From Podarcis liolepis (taxonomy: Eukaryota): a stretch of DNA of 64,000 nucleotides. The position numbers and the translations under genes were made by a program. The notes beneath the pieces were generated by a model that saw only the letters and a program-made list of their open reading frames with translations, did not search any database and had not been told where the DNA came from. How positions within the stretch are numbered: position 1 is the first letter of the stretch; each line of letters begins with the position of its first letter. The stretch is taken from assembly GCA_965112155.1 (NCBI GenBank), contig OZ218100.1; one strand, 5' to 3'. Below, one piece after another: positions 51,061 through 63,000 of this stretch.

Positions 51061-52536
51061 CTGTGTGTAGGTGGAGAGAGAGAAAAATGTTACCAAAAAT
51101 ATGTTCAGACAAAAAAAGCCCATTTACTTCTCCCCAAAGATACACATTACTGCAGCCTTTGGTTAAAACTAATTTTTTACATGAAAGAAAATAATTGTTT
51201 CAACTCAAGGAGAGAGAACAAAACAGCCTTGATCTTTCTTCCTGCACCACGCAAACTCTGCTGAAGCTTGTCAGGCATGAATTAAAAGCGATTTGTAATA
51301 AGCCAAAGCGTAAAAGGATGTGAAACATAAAAAAAGCCTAAAAACTCTGGAGTGAACTTCCATTACATTATACATAAAACCACTGCAATGAGAAACCACT
51401 GCATTAACAATACAAACAATCAGATTTAATTAACTCCATAGAGTGTGATCTAGTGCCACGTAGACATCCCTGTCAGTAAATATCACCTGCACCACTAAAT
51501 ACAGCAACATTTGACCCACTGACAAAGCTTCTCATACTAACTGTCCTGCCTCGAGGAAAGCTCAGTGACAAAACCATCCTTGTGAAATATTAGGGTTGAA
51601 AAAGGCAGTGGTGGCAGTCGAGAGAGAGAAATATGCTACATAGTTTGCACACACATTACTCTTCTAAATTACCTGGTAACAGCCACACATCAAGAGCCTA
51701 GGCTTAGCAATTCAATAGACTGGCCCAGTCTATTACCTTTGCAATTAACCAAACAACATTCAGTAATGCTATGCCTGTGTGGGGTGTGGGGGAAGGCTCA
51801 TGTTAATTAGGATCAAGGGCCATGTTTACTGCCCTTCAAATCCTATACTGGAGAGCTGCTGCTGTTGAATTGAACCTATGGCCATCCTTGCTGATAAAAT
51901 TTACAACTGGAAGAAGCTGGTGATGGAGGCATCAACTCATGGAGCTGGCTTTGATGACACAGGAAACCAAACCATGATAGTTAGGTGCTACCAACTTTGC
52001 ATGTAACTTCAGGGGAGCAGCCATGGATAACTGTTTATCTTTTCAGAATCTGAAAAGTCTCAAGAGCACCTTCATGTTTCATTTTACTTGATGAAATGCT
52101 GCATTACAAAATTCTGTTGGGTGACAACTTTCCAAAATGTGACATGAAAAACCTCAATTTATTTCATTTTTCTCTGTTGCAGGAGCCTTGAGGGAGCCTA
52201 GCAAATTGTAGGAGACTTGTGGGAAATAGAACACACATGGAAGGTGATTCTAGCCTCTTCTTCTCTCAAGCTTGTAGTTCATCCTGGACCCAGAGGTTCA
52301 GTTGTGACAGTAGTCCCAATATGACTTTTCAGAACCCTCAATGGATATAAAGACAGCTATTTCATTGGATTCAAACCAAGTGATCATAATTTCCAGTCTT
52401 TGCACACTTAGCAATCAATTACTGCAATGAAATTTATACCATTCTGTCCTTGATAACCTTTTAGAAGCTTTGGCTGCTGCGGGATGTGGCAACAATTGTG
52501 AAGGTGGTTTGGTCCAAGAAAGCACATCCATACTAA

Positions 52537-52669
52537 TCATAGAATCATAAAACTGTAGAGCTGGAAGGGACCACAAGGGACATCTAGTCCAACTCCCTGC
52601 AGTGCAGGAAACCTTTGCCCTATGGGGGATGTGAGATTAAGAGTCTCAAGCTTTACCAACTCAGCTACT
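52537..52669 (-). mobile_element. tRNA-headed SINE with CR1-type tail
   Basis: Minus strand head tagctgagttggtaaagc...gactcttaatc (tRNA-Lys-like) and tail ...ctacagttttatgattctatga. Second copy at 56294-56423. Confidence 0.7.
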
Positions 52670-53505
52670 CCACATAGATCAATATAGTTTATTTATGTAC
52701 TGCTTTTTGGCCTAATGGGTCTCCGAATCATCTTCAAGCATGATTTTGCTGTTCGTTTTGATAGGGCTCTGCACACACTTTAAATGCCATTTGCTCAACA
52801 TTGGTTGCTACAACACTTAAAAGTGTTATTATTATATTGATAATAAGTTGAGCTAAATCTCACAGGATCATGAAGAAGCACATAGGTATTTTACAGATAG
52901 GATTTACAGAAGCTTGATTCTAATGCTGTTTCCCAGAAATAGCTCACTGGGTGGAACAGAGCCATTGTGCCAGATTCCCAGCAGGTGGTTGCTGATGCCC
53001 ACCAGAAGGGAATGTGGAGGAAGCAAGGCGTCAGGGCAGTCAGCGTTGGGCAAATGCACCAGCAGTGCTAAATCCTCCTGCTGGTGCATTTGCACTACAT
53101 CAGTCTCTCTGCCACCTCTCCCCTCCTCCTCCAGTGAAATCCACCTATTGGGAAGCTAGCCGAGTGGCATTAACCCAGGCAGCAAGCCACTTCTGTTGTT
53201 ATATTCCCTCATTAGCTGGAACCCCAACTAATAGAAATCTTATACATCTACATTTAACTATAAGCTACTCGTCTGTGAATGTTGAGAAACATTAAATTAA
53301 AGTATTTAAATTAACAAGAAAACAAGATTAATTCACTGCTTCAAAGGTGTCATTTCCCCACTTTTTAACAATTTGTAAGAGGAAAAACTAGAGGAGGAGG
53401 GTGGAGGGAGGACACCAATGGCTGGATGATGGAAAAAGCAGTCAGACTATATTGAGCCTGTCTTGAAAAAGACAGAGAAAAATGTGACTCTTAATCATTA
53501 CTTAC

Positions 53506-53587
53506 CACAAGGGTAACTCAGAACCTGGATGTCATCAATGGCAATGTAGCCATTTCTTCCATCTGAGACTTCGGCCTCAAATATTAC
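53506..53587 (-). CDS. PTPRK: PTPRK coding exon (82 nt, probably exon 4), C-terminal end of MAM domain
   Basis: Not in the ORF track; read by hand on the minus strand. Acceptor ttttctttctctttgacag|GTA ATA TTT; translation [27 protein letters not shown]+G; donor G|gtaagt. Matches the recalled PTPRK MAM C-terminus (GYIAIDDI motif). Its phase-1 end joins the next exon to give the Asp codon G|AT. Confidence 0.97.
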
Positions 53588-54403
53588 CTGTCAAAGAGAA
53601 AGAAAAAAATGTTTACAACCGTCACTGCTGCAGAATTCCCATCAGTGCAGGGTGCAGATATAAGACAACACATTTTCATTACAACTGAACTTGCTGCTAG
53701 CTTTCACTCCTGAATTTAATCATTTTCACCATTCTTGATTTACACAAAGGTCAGCTATTAATTAAGGCTACTTCAGTGCCCTTGCCCTCTCATTCTGGCC
53801 TGCAATATGCAGAATCTTTAGAACAAATGTACCATTTTAAAATGAAGCAAATATTTTCCAGTAAAAAGAGGGCAGATTTTTCACATACTGCCTAGGTGAC
53901 AAGGCCCTTGCATTTTCTACCTCAGCAATTCAGATGAATACCACATTCACAGCGAAACTGAAAGTATAAGATTAATATGCCTGTATGTATCTTCGTTCTC
54001 TGTTTCTGCCAAGCAAGAGATAAAAAATGTGATGGAAGGAATAATAAAGGCACTGGTATCATAGCTCCTCTGATGCCTAGCCGAAATCCGTGTCAATAGC
54101 AGCAGCAGAAATGGTGTAATCCTCCGCAATAAATGGATAGAGTTATCTCCATGCCCACCTGAACTCTGAGCACTGCAAGACTCCAGGGATGATGCAGAGA
54201 GAAGCATCAAGTACTAGAATTCAGGAAGTATTCAGTTTCAGCCCAAATCATGAGCTCTCAATCTCTCTCTGTGACGACCAAGCATATACACTGGTTTCTT
54301 GCTTGATTTTATTTTCTGTTGCATTAACATGATATTAACGTGCGTTTGCAGCAGGATTTGATTGTATTTTTATATTGTTTTCTAAAGCAGCCAGAAAACA
54401 CAC

Positions 54404-54436
54404 TGTGTGTGTGTGTGTGTGTGCGCGCGCGCGCGC
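54404..54436. repeat. (TG)n(CG)n alternating purine-pyrimidine tract
   Basis: tgtgtgtgtgtgtgtgtgtgcgcgcgcgcgc; potential Z-DNA. Confidence 0.85.
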
Positions 54437-54704
54437 CAAAAACAAAACAAAGTAGAACAGCATATCATCTTAACTGTGTAGTTCTGCCTTTGGGCATAGG
54501 GGTGTTGCTTTATTCTTTTCTAATTGCCAGTGAAGGCTTTTTTAAACCCTTACTCACCCACCATTTCACTGTGGTCTTGATACTCATGCAACCTTCATGC
54601 AAAAAGGGCCAGTTTAATTAAATGCAACATTTCCCCTCAGTACAAACTGCAGGAGGGTGATCCAGATTAGTGACTCCATGCTGACAATTATGAGAGGGGG
54701 AACT

Positions 54705-54901
54705 AAAAAAATTCCTTCCAGTAGCACCTTAAAGACCAACTAAGTTAGTTCTTGGTATGAGCTTTCGTGTGCATGCACACTTCTTCAGATACACATGAAA
54801 GCTCATACCAAGAACTAACTTAGTTGGTCTTTAAGGTGCTACTGGAAGGAATTTTTTTATTTTGACTATGGCAGACCAACACGGCTACCTACCTGTAACT
54901 G
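54705..54901 (+). mobile_element. Young Penelope-like insertion with perfect 62-bp inverted arms
   Basis: 54705-54766 is the exact reverse complement of 54797-54858. Perfect 14-bp TSD TGAGAGGGGGAACT at 54691-54704 and 54902-54915. Family terminus cagaccaacacggctacctacctg. Confidence 0.88.
54755..54792 (-). ncRNA. Minimal type I hammerhead ribozyme motif (Penelope-associated, dimer type)
   Basis: Minus strand reads GUAU-CUGAAGA-A-GUGUG CAUG CACAC-GAA-A GC U-C/AUAC: stem I GUAU/AUAC, CUGANGA and GAAA core boxes, stem II, and a palindromic AGCU in place of stem III. Confidence 0.72.
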
Positions 54902-55101
54902 TGAGAGGGGGAACTGACACTGAGTTCCCCCCATTCCACTCACAGAGCTAAAATTCCCAGAGTCCCCTGGACAGAGGAATTGATTGCTAAGCCACTCTGA
55001 GAGTTGTACCTCTGTGAAAGGAACAGAGGTCTCATAATATCTCTCAGGACCTTTAAAAACTATAGTTCCTAGAAATCTTTGGGGAACCCATAAGAGTTAA
55101 G

Positions 55102-55563
55102 CAGGGCTGGCCCCAGACACTTTAGTGCCTGAAGTGAAACAGAAATCCTCCCCCACAGGGCCGTCTTAAGCATATCCGGTGCCATGGTGCAAAAATCCCT
55201 CCAGCACCCCCCCCCCCCGTTTCCCAGAGTTGTCGAGATTTTCCCAAGCCTCTGCAGGGATCACTCTCCCCCTGCGGAGGCTTGGGAAGGAAGCTGCATG
55301 CCCGCCAGCCATATGGTTGACAGGGGACAGCTGGTGGGTGTGCAGGAAAAGGGGAGGCCGCAGGCAAAGCCACGAGCTCCCCCACTCACTGGGGCGCCCC
55401 CAGATGCGTAGGAAGGTCAGGTGGTACCCAGTGCTGAAATTTTTTATGGCACCCCCCCCCACTGATATTTCTTTTTTAAGGGAGGGTTACACAGAGTTTT
55501 TGAGCTTTTTTGCCATATGCCCACCAGGGATGCGAGCAGTGATTTCTCTGGCAGATCAGCCTG
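55102..55563. mobile_element. Probable nested GC-rich hAT-like MITE remnants
   Basis: Two CAGGGC-type starts (55102 and about 55157, cagggccgtcttaa) and a GC-rich interior. Right ends are degenerate; no TSD confirmed. Confidence 0.35.
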
Positions 55564-56075
55564 TTTAATGCAATTAAGCCCTGGAACAATGCTAGCCATG
55601 CCCCCTTGCTTGCTTGCAGATGCTTTGCAAGAAGGGGAGAGCCCAGCTTGTTCAAATACCCATGTCTACAGTGCAATGCAATATTGATTCAGAAACACAG
55701 ACCCCACAGCAGCCATCACTGGAGGAAACTGTTCTAAAATTAGGGGGGGGGGGAATATGCAAAAATATTTGGAAGGAAACTGGAGTGAGGGAACCACTCC
55801 CCCCCCAAAAAAAAAAAAATTGACAAAAGGCTCAAGAAAGTGGAGTCTAGATTTAGGCTGAGTGCACACCATACATTTAAAGCACCTAGAAAGAGCAGCA
55901 CCCAGGAAGCTGTAGTTTGTTAAGGGTACTGGGAGTTAAAGCTCTTTTGGGACAAGCTACAGCTTGGAGTGTGTGTGCTTTAAAATATGTATACAGACTT
56001 AGATAGTTTTAATAGGGAATATAACAGTTTTATAGAGGACAGAGATCTACCAACAGTCCAAAACATTCATAATCA

Positions 56076-56141
56076 GGTATCTGAAGAAGCATGCATGCAC
56101 ACCAAAGCTCATACCATAACAAATTTAGTTGGTCTCTAAGG
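56076..56141 (+). mobile_element. Penelope-like fragment with degenerate hammerhead motif
   Basis: GGTAT CTGAAGA A gcatgcatgcacac CAAA GCTC ATACC...ttagttggtctctaagg; the GAAA box is mutated to CAAA. Confidence 0.72.
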
Positions 56142-56293
56142 AAGGATTATTTTAAGGACGTTTTTAGGAATTTTTTAAAGGACTTGATTCTTTTCAAGAT
56201 TTTTTTTTTAAAAAAAAACACCTTTTTTTGTTAAGCACCTTTCATCAATGGGAAAAATGGGGAATTCTTTCATTCCTGGAAAGGCAGACCTCA

Positions 56294-56423
56294 CATAGAA
56301 TCATATAATTGTAGAGTTGGAAGGGACATTGAGTCTAACCCCATGCAACGCAGGGGAGATCTTTTGCCCAAACGTTGGGCTTGAACCCTAAGAGTAAGAG
56401 TCTCATGCTCTACCGACTCAGAT
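56294..56423 (-). mobile_element. tRNA-headed SINE with CR1-type tail
   Basis: Minus strand: gagtcggtagagcatgagactctta...gggttcaagcccaacgtttgggc, then a CR1-like tail ending tatgattctatg. Confidence 0.72.
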
Positions 56424-57296
56424 ATCTGTGGGTCCAGCACTTACTAAAGAAAACAGCTACAGTGAAAGTTCGCATTTCATAATGGGATTATTGTGGTGAT
56501 ATATAGTCAGAAAACAAATAAATGAAACTTAATAAGCAAGTTATTGATATTTTGTCAAGTCCAATCACAAAAATAAATAGTATCAACTACTTTTACATTG
56601 TAAAAATTAATCTTTTGCTGCTTTAAAAATAATAATCAACAAGTTTACTCTACCATGACACCATGAGCAGTGAACATTTTTAGCTTCTAATTGGTAATTG
56701 GCAGTAAAAAAATGCAAAATTAAATGACCCTAGATTCATAAATACCCAACCTTGGGCTGACTTTCATAATCATATCTGTTCAGTGGCCAATGTGGAAAAG
56801 AGATGAGAGATGGGGTATATTCTATATACACAGAGACTGTATTAGCATCTCTCAATAACAGGATATATTTACTGATTAACTTCCAATCACCAGGTTTCTC
56901 AGCCGAAACATAAACGATGGAAGAGACACCACATGCTTCCCAGAACCTTTATAAATTGTGTATTATAAAAATGCATAATCAATATATTTCTAGGAGTGTC
57001 ATTTTGCAGCTTGTTTCTTGCATCTTCATGTGTTCTATTTAGGCATTAACTTAATACACAAAGGGGGCTAGGAGAAGAGAGAAACATACTACCTTTGCCA
57101 TCCCATCACCCTTCATGAGGTAGATAATGAATTTATGAGGTGGGATTAAAAACACAGATTTTACAGGATTCTAAAATGTGCAAGAACCTTCCATGTTTAC
57201 AGGAAGCTGCTTGTTCTACAAGAATGGGGAGCAGCTTCTGTATTTGTGTGCTAATGTAGAATTAATTTAATTCTAGATCAGAATACCTGAATATGT

Positions 57297-57327
57297 CTTT
57301 GTTTGTTTGTTTGTTTGTTTGTTTGTT
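57297..57327. repeat. (GTTT)n microsatellite
   Basis: Pure array. Confidence 0.9.
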
Positions 57328-59760
57328 AAGTTTCACACAGACTCATTTAAGCAATTAAAAACATTCTAGAGCATATAAAGCTTAGACTGTCACAATCCAA
57401 CGTTTTGTGTTTATTATAATCCATCTCTATATACTACTTAATATCACCCCACCAAAGGAATCATAACAGAAGGCTTACATCCTTTCTTTTAGAATTTCTT
57501 TGTTCAACAAACAAATCAATCCCCAGTTCCAGTCAATCAAATGTAAGAAGAGAAGTCTGGTCTAACTAGAGACAAAACCACCATCATGAACACAGAATTT
57601 TACTGGAATGTGTTGACATTTTATTTAAGAATGCAAAATTCAAGAGTTTGCTTGGTGGTAACCCAAGCTAATAATTTTTACTACAAGTAGAATGGATATA
57701 ATGATTATAGTAAATTACAGCTTTACACTGAGTATATGGAAAAGCCGACATGATTGCATTGGCAGCAGTGAGATGAGAAACTCAAAACTTGAGATAAAAA
57801 GACAGGCACTTGACAAACCAGGCATCGCCAAAGTGGCAAGCAAAATGGCTAATTGAACCACTAGCATTTAGCACTTGGTTAAATGATATGACCTCCTCTC
57901 ATATCCTCCTGTACTCTACTTGATCCCAACTGCTGAAACGCAATAAATAACCCTTCCTCCATTTAATTCCCCTCCTGCACACTACTTGAATTTTTGAAAC
58001 CAATTTCAAGCATTGCTAAATTTTCTAGACACTTAAAAAAGAAAGTTAAATGGGGCCCTTAGACACAAAAGCCAAGGCAATATAAAATGGACTTCAGAAC
58101 TTTTTTTAAAAAGGGGGGCATTCACTGAAATAAAGTTCAAATCTAACAGGACATAAAACATTTTAAAATGCTAATGAGCACCTAAAAGTATAAAAATGTT
58201 GAAAAGTAATTTTAAAAACGAAAAGGGCTTGGAAATTGTTATCAAATTTATTTTGAGTTAAAAAATGTGAAAGAGCCAACAACTTCCAATGAATTGAATT
58301 GAGACAAATCAAGAGAGTGATTTGCTCTATGTTCCAGAATTGTTCTATGTCTTATATGTTCAGAAATTCTTTTTTTTCCCCTCCAAAGCAGAAATGAGGC
58401 TAAATTCAGAAGTGAGGAATGGGGATAATTCTAAGAGTCAAAAAGGCTAAGTCCAGACTTCAGAAAATGTTCTAAGCCCATTTTTGCCATGTTTCTTTGG
58501 CTCCAACAAAAGAGTCAAAAGCGGAATAGGTGAGAGAAAACCTCCCAAAGGGGAGGCTCTAGAAGAGGACACTCATTGCTTCTCTTCTTATATTTTTGTT
58601 CATTCTAGAAGTGGGAGAACCATGGAGAGATGACACCAACATTAATAACAGAGGCAAGGTCTCATTTATGTGTGGTTTGGGGAAGTCTAGCCGTATTCCT
58701 ATAGTATCTCTACCAAGTTCCTTTGAAGTTCTCAATATCTGAGGTTCTTGCTTGCCTGGCATTTCCCTTCCCTGTACATTGTCTTTTATCTTGTCACGTA
58801 TGCCACCTTCTGAGAACATGAGATCATTTGCAGCATTTCTGTATAATTGTTAAGCCTTTAAGAAGCCATCAGCATCAAGGCAGAGTGCATTTTTATCATA
58901 ATTATTTAAAATGAGAATGTAATATAATGAACAAACCATTGACACCATGCTTCATTCATTGTTGATCAGCTCTATGGTGGATTTTAAAAGTATAAGAGAG
59001 CACCCCTGCTCTTCTCATTGTGGCCAACTAGCTGCCTATGGGACACTCACAAGCAGACGATGAGTGCAGTAGTATCCTCCAGCGACTAGTATTCAGAGGC
59101 ATCCTGTGTGAAGAATTAATTTTGTCTGCCCTGTATATTCCAGAATTCAGCTTCATCGGATGTTGGTTTTAGTGATATGAAAGAGGGGAAAATATTGTTT
59201 TTTCCACATCACGCATAATCTTATTCACCTCTATCATGGCCCCCATGGACTGAAAGTGGAGGAAGAAGAATCTCTTGCTTTGCTGAGCCCCACACGACTT
59301 CAGAAAGTTGAGAGCTGGGAAAATTTTCATGCTGACAAAACTCACTCTACCCAGGTTACAAGCTTTGGGGGCTCATAGGGATCTCTCAAAGAAATGATCA
59401 TTAGAACCCCCTAAATTATCACATGTTCACTTTAAACCAAAGTAATCCCCCTGGGTCAGTAGCCGCAATGGTAGTACTACAGCTGCACAGAGATGGAAGG
59501 AAGGGCCTCTCATTACTCTTGGCCCCTGGAACACTGTGGAGCATTGTGGCAGGACCCAAAGACCTAATGCACCTTGGAAAATGTATTTTCACCAAGGGCT
59601 ACTGCAAAGGAATTCCATTAGGATCAGAAGAAAGAAATAGATTTAGAGGGCAAGTAAGCCAAAGAAGACTGTGAAGGCCTTGTGGTGACTGGATAGTTGT
59701 AAGAACATGCTCACATAATTTTAAGTTTCAAAAATAAGTATAGGACTAGTAATCAACATA

Positions 59761-60002
59761 CAGTGGTACCTCGGGTTAAGTACTTAATTCATTCCGGAGG
59801 TCTGTTCTTAACCTGAAACTGTTCTTAACCTGAAGCACCACTTTAGCTAATGGGGCCTCCTGCTGCCGCTGCACCACCGCTGCATGATTTCTGTTCTCAT
59901 CCTGAAGCAAAGTTCTTAACCCGAGGTACTATTTCTGGGTTAGCGGAGTCTGTAACCTGAAGCGTATGTAACCTGAAGCGTATGTAACCTGAGGTACCCC
60001 TG
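59761..60002. mobile_element. Tigger/pogo-type MITE
   Basis: TA|CAGTGGTACCTCGGGTTA...TAACCTGAGGTACCCCTG|TA. Subterminal 16-bp repeat tgtaacctgaagcgta. Same family and orientation as 2710-2935. Confidence 0.92.
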
Positions 60003-63000
60003 TACAAAGGAAATTACAGGTGGCCATGATGTGTGAAAGGCTTGGAAAAGGGTGGTTGACTATGGAGTGGGCTGTGGAAAAGAGCCTGTATCTCGTCAGA
60101 ACGCAATATGTCATTGCTCGTTTCCTCCATAATACTGACCCCTGGGCTTCTACCACCTTATCTTAAAATATACTTTTAATTCTACACATGTGCAAATACT
60201 TTGTTCTCATCACACGACAGGTCTTTCTTTTTGGTTGAGGATTTATTTTCTCCTGCTAGGCTCTACATCATTAAGATGAGCAGAAAGGCAGATTCCACAG
60301 CTAGCCAAGTTCTAATTGTCCTTATCATTTCAGCAGATCATTCAGCCAGCAAATCATCCATTTCTCTCCAGCTACAGGAAAAGATGGATTCTTGCTAGCT
60401 TAATTATCCGAAGCTTGATCTCAGATGCAGGTCAGTTCCAGTGCCTGGTGTCAAGGATGGTGTTAAGGGACTGGAGACAGAAGGGACTGCCATCATGACA
60501 GCACAAAAGCCAACTTACGCTTCAGCTAGGAAATAAAATGAGTTTTGTCCTTCATGCTGATTTTTCCTCACTTCATTTCCTTCAAATTTTGATCCATTCT
60601 GACCTAATTCTTGCAACTCCAGGAGTATTTCTGGACTATTGGCTGAATTACTAAATACAGAATATATATTATATTTTAAGACATCTGAAGAACACTAAGG
60701 ACAATGAGAACTAAAAATTCTTAGGATTCTCTCTTTAAATGTAGGCAGTTTAAAGACTCTATTATTACTATTACTATTACTATTATTAATTTCATTTGTA
60801 TACAGTTTACATTTTTAAGGGGGGGTGGAATCTCAAAGCTGTTTATAACACATTAAAACATCAAATAAAACAATCCAGAATGAAATGTTACTGCAAAAAA
60901 TAAAATACAAAGTATGCTGTACATTCAAAGCACCGTAATTAGCAGGAAGCAAAAAATTCAAAATGAAGCATTACAAAGGAGGTCAGCTCATTTAACACAG
61001 CAAAGTTAACAGAAAAAATTCTTAAGCCAACTCAGAAGACTGTAGTTCTACAGCCTCTCATGTTTCAATGCAATTAAAAGTCCAGCTGAGCATCTCCTTC
61101 AGAAGCAACAAAACTGCTGGAGGAGAGATGACGACTGATTTGCTCTTCCCATGGTCCTCTGCAGCTGCACTGTTGCAAATGAAGCCATGGTTTGGCCTCC
61201 CATGTTATCCAGGCTTATGGCTTGTCTCGTCCAGACAAACTACAAGTTCTAAGCTGAAAAATAAGCTAATTACAGCTCATTGTTTTTCTGGGGAGATACA
61301 AACCATTAGCCTGGGTGTAGGCAATATGCTAAGCCAAACATGGCTTCACTCACAGCGGCAGGAGGACTAGAGGAGGAGCAATGAGACCATGATTTTTCCC
61401 CTGTGAGTTTATGCTTAGCCACAGTTTGGCTTGGCCTTATGTGTGAACTGGGTCTTTGAGAGCTAAATAGATTGGAAGCAATTGCAATATACAGACTTTG
61501 GAGCAGCACAAGTTCCTTCCTGAAGCAGCGAGATTGGAAAGGATGTTTCAACATGTATTTTTACCTAACCCACAAAATTTTTGTTGACATAATAAAATGA
61601 ATCTCCCTTGTGAAACTTCCAGATAATTTTTGCTTAGCTAATTTAGAAACCATGAAAACATAATTACTTCCATTTGAGTGCTTAAGCAATGCTGTGCGGC
61701 AGGGTTTTCTGCTGACAGAGCCCCAGAGGATTTTTATTTTTTTTAACATACTAAATCAAACACTTGGGTGGAAAATTTGTAATCTAGCCTTTTATAGATT
61801 TTCCAGTGAAGAAACACATGCATCTCTTGAGATTTGAAAATGGAGTTAAGTGACCATCCTCCTCTTCTTAAAACCACTGATATTACTTAACATAGTTGGT
61901 CAGCAAGTGTTCCCCATTGTATTTTCCTAATGATATTCAACCAGGGGAGTGTACTATACGCACTGTTATTTTCTCAGCAGAGGTTTACATCTGACAACTG
62001 ATTACACAAATACATTGGTTCAGCTCAGCCCACCCTTTCTCCCACAGAATCATTCACGATGTAGATAGTCCTCTAGAGTTTGTCTGGCAAGTGATTTTGG
62101 CAGGAAATGTGTAGTAAAACTAGCAAAGTTGAACAACAATTCAAGCATATTAACAGGGGCTGGCTGAAATTATGTGCATCCCTCTTTCTGAATGAACACT
62201 GTAGCATGAATTAAGCGAATGATCTACAGCTGGGAGTACCAAATAGTAGAGGGATGCAGTGAATTCAGGGAAATCCAAAGCGTGATATGTCCAAAATGTC
62301 CTGAATATATTGAAAAACCCAGTAAGGGCTTCCCTTGAAGGAAACCCACTTCAGCTATCCTTCTGGAATTTGACAATATTCATCCCATCAAAGAAACTAC
62401 CATCTCTCCAAATTTCATCTAATTCAGCACGAAAAAAGAAAATTAGGGACCTATTTGTCCCTAATTTGGAAGACATTAACTGCTCACAAGGGACTACTAT
62501 GTCTACCAATTTCATTCAATTATGTCAACAGAAAAAAATTATAGGCTTTAAAAGAAAAAAAATCTGCATAATAGTGAATTAGGGAGGAACAAAGCTTAAT
62601 TTTCTGAATTAAAATTCAAACCTGAACTGAATTAGGCATGACACAAAACGAGTCGAAGGCAGAGGAAGGCACACAGAAAAAAGAAGGGATGGTTCAGGAA
62701 AAGAAAGGGTCAGTGGATTCCCTACTCCCTCCCCCCCATCTCTTGGAACTCGGAAGGGCTTGAAAGGGGAAGAGCAACAATGGCTTCCATGCAAGAGAAG
62801 TCTCAGGATGTGGGCACGCAACCCATCAGAGGAGTGTATATAAGCTGGAGGAGGGGAGGGACCCCCTGTTTCTGCAGCTATGCCATAGGGCCCAGACCTG
62901 TGGGTCGCTGCCTGGAGGCTAGAAGGATGTCTGTGTTTGTATCACAGCACCATGGAAACTGCTTTAAGTGTTGTGTTTGCCAATATAGAGTTAACTAGAC

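Noticed and set aside
21365-53587. Alternative identity as PTPRM, PTPRT or PTPRU
   Set aside because: Peptides such as [33 protein letters not shown] and [31 protein letters not shown] match my recollection of PTPRK better than its paralogs. BLASTP would confirm.
55122-55568. 75-129 aa ORFs
   Set aside because: GC-rich repeat remnants with no homology I recognise.
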